Shown: one piece after another, positions 62,840-64,000 of the stretch
How the letters are laid out: each line of letters begins with the position of its first letter
Numbering within the stretch: position 1 is the first letter of the stretch
Assembly: GCA_965287045.1 (NCBI GenBank)
Contig: OZ336881.1
Location: forward strand, 45,694,001-45,758,000
DNA: 64,000 nucleotides
Direction: 5' to 3'
From: Carcharhinus amblyrhynchos
Lineage: Eukaryota
The notes under the pieces: generated by a model
Told to the model about the DNA's origin: nothing
Databases searched by the model: none
What the model saw: the letters and a program-made list of their open reading frames with translations, nothing else
Made by a program: the position numbers and the translations under genes

Positions 62840-64000
62840 ACATTATCTAAGAAAGATGGAAGAGATAAAATGGGAAACTAGAGGCCAGTTAGTCTAACAT
62901 CAGCAGTAGACAAAATTGGTAGAATCCAATATTAGTGATATGGGACCTAGACACTTAGAAAATCATAATACTATTTAACAGAGTAAATGTAGATTTATAA
63001 AAGGCAAATTGTGTCTGACAATTCTTTGGAGTTTTTTGTGGTTGTAACCAATATGGCAAGTAAAGGGAAGCAACAGATTTAGTGTGTATGGCTTTTCAGA
63101 AAGCTTGTGGTAAGTACCTGCACAAGTGGTCATCACACAAAATTTAGGCTTATGGCATTGGAATTATAATGCTGTGAACTGAGGATTAGTTAACTATAGA
63201 AAGCTGATTGTAGAAAATAAGTGGCACACTTTTTGCCTCATGTAACTTGTGGGATATCTTAAGTATCAGCTTTTCAGCACTGGAATTTGCAGTCTTTAGC
63301 AATGTCATAGCTGAGGGAACCTAATGTAATGTATCCAAGTTTGCTGATATTGCAACATCTATTGGAAAAGTAAGCTATGAAAAGGATGCAAAGGAATTTA
63401 AGCAGGTTGTTTGAGTGGACCTGAATGTGGCAGATTTAATATTTTGTGGAGAATTATAAAGATTTTCACCTTGCTAGGAAAATAGAAAAATATAAACATG
63501 TAAGTTTAAATCAAAAACAGAAAATGCTGGAGAAACTCTTCAAATCTGATGGCATCTATGGAGAGAAAATAGAGCCAATGTTTCAAGTCTGGGTGACCCT
63601 TCGGCAGGGCAGTTAAAATGGTGAGAGATTGGGAAATGAGAGTATCTATAGGGAATTGAATATTTCTGCACAAAACTCACAGTAAGTTAACATGCAGGTA
63701 CAGAAAAACTTGTAAAGGGATAAATTTTACTAAAATTGTATAGTACATTGGTGAGAACACACCTCTGTACAGTTTTGGTCTCCTTACCGAAAGAACAATT
63801 TGGAGGGTATGTAACTAAGATTCAGCAACTTTCCCTAGAGTTTTGTTAAAACATATAAAATCCTTAAGTAGCTTGATGTTTGTAGATGCTGAAAGGATAT
63901 TTTCCCTGGCTGGGGAATGTAGTACCAGAGACCACAATCTGGTTTGGCCATTTAGGACCAAGATGAGAAAAAATGTCTTCATTCAAACGATTTGAATTTT
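62840..64000 (+). mobile_element. Old CR1 LINE RT fragment running off the window end
   Basis: GN*RPVSLTS, KGKLCLTIL, VSKFADI and LYSTLVRTHL remnants. Confidence 0.8.

Noticed and set aside
1311-63610. Strand bias of intact hammerheads against the NRXN1 sense strand
   Set aside because: Only one intact copy, broken copies on both strands, and one near-intact sense copy; the sample is too small.
26840-64000. Next neurexin exon (KGPETLFAG...)
   Set aside because: Not found by eye or in the ORF track; it presumably lies beyond the window.

Overview
Vertebrate genomic DNA, most likely from an elasmobranch (shark), judged from the tRNA-derived HE1/V-SINE-like repeats and the CR1, Penelope and Harbinger content. 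The window lies inside a neurexin gene on the + strand, best matching NRXN1-alpha. It holds one 204-nt constitutive LNS4 exon (22240-22443) and the 27-nt splice-site-3 (SS3) microexon (26813-26839). No other neurexin exon was found, so the flanking introns exceed about 22 kb and 37 kb. About 9 kb around the exons is AT-rich and nearly free of transposons, and it carries a tight RBFOX-motif cluster. The rest is a dense mosaic of decayed elements: SINEs, CR1, Rex1/Babar, Vingi-like and Penelope retroelements (some with minimal hammerhead ribozyme motifs), Gypsy LTR remnants, and PIF/Harbinger transposons with their Myb/SANT partner genes. The most unexpected item is a roughly 2-kb intronless, degenerate antisense segment (about 37240-39170) that joins UACA-like and TPR-like coiled-coil coding sequence. 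All homologies are from manual translation and recall, not database searches, and transposon boundaries are approximate.
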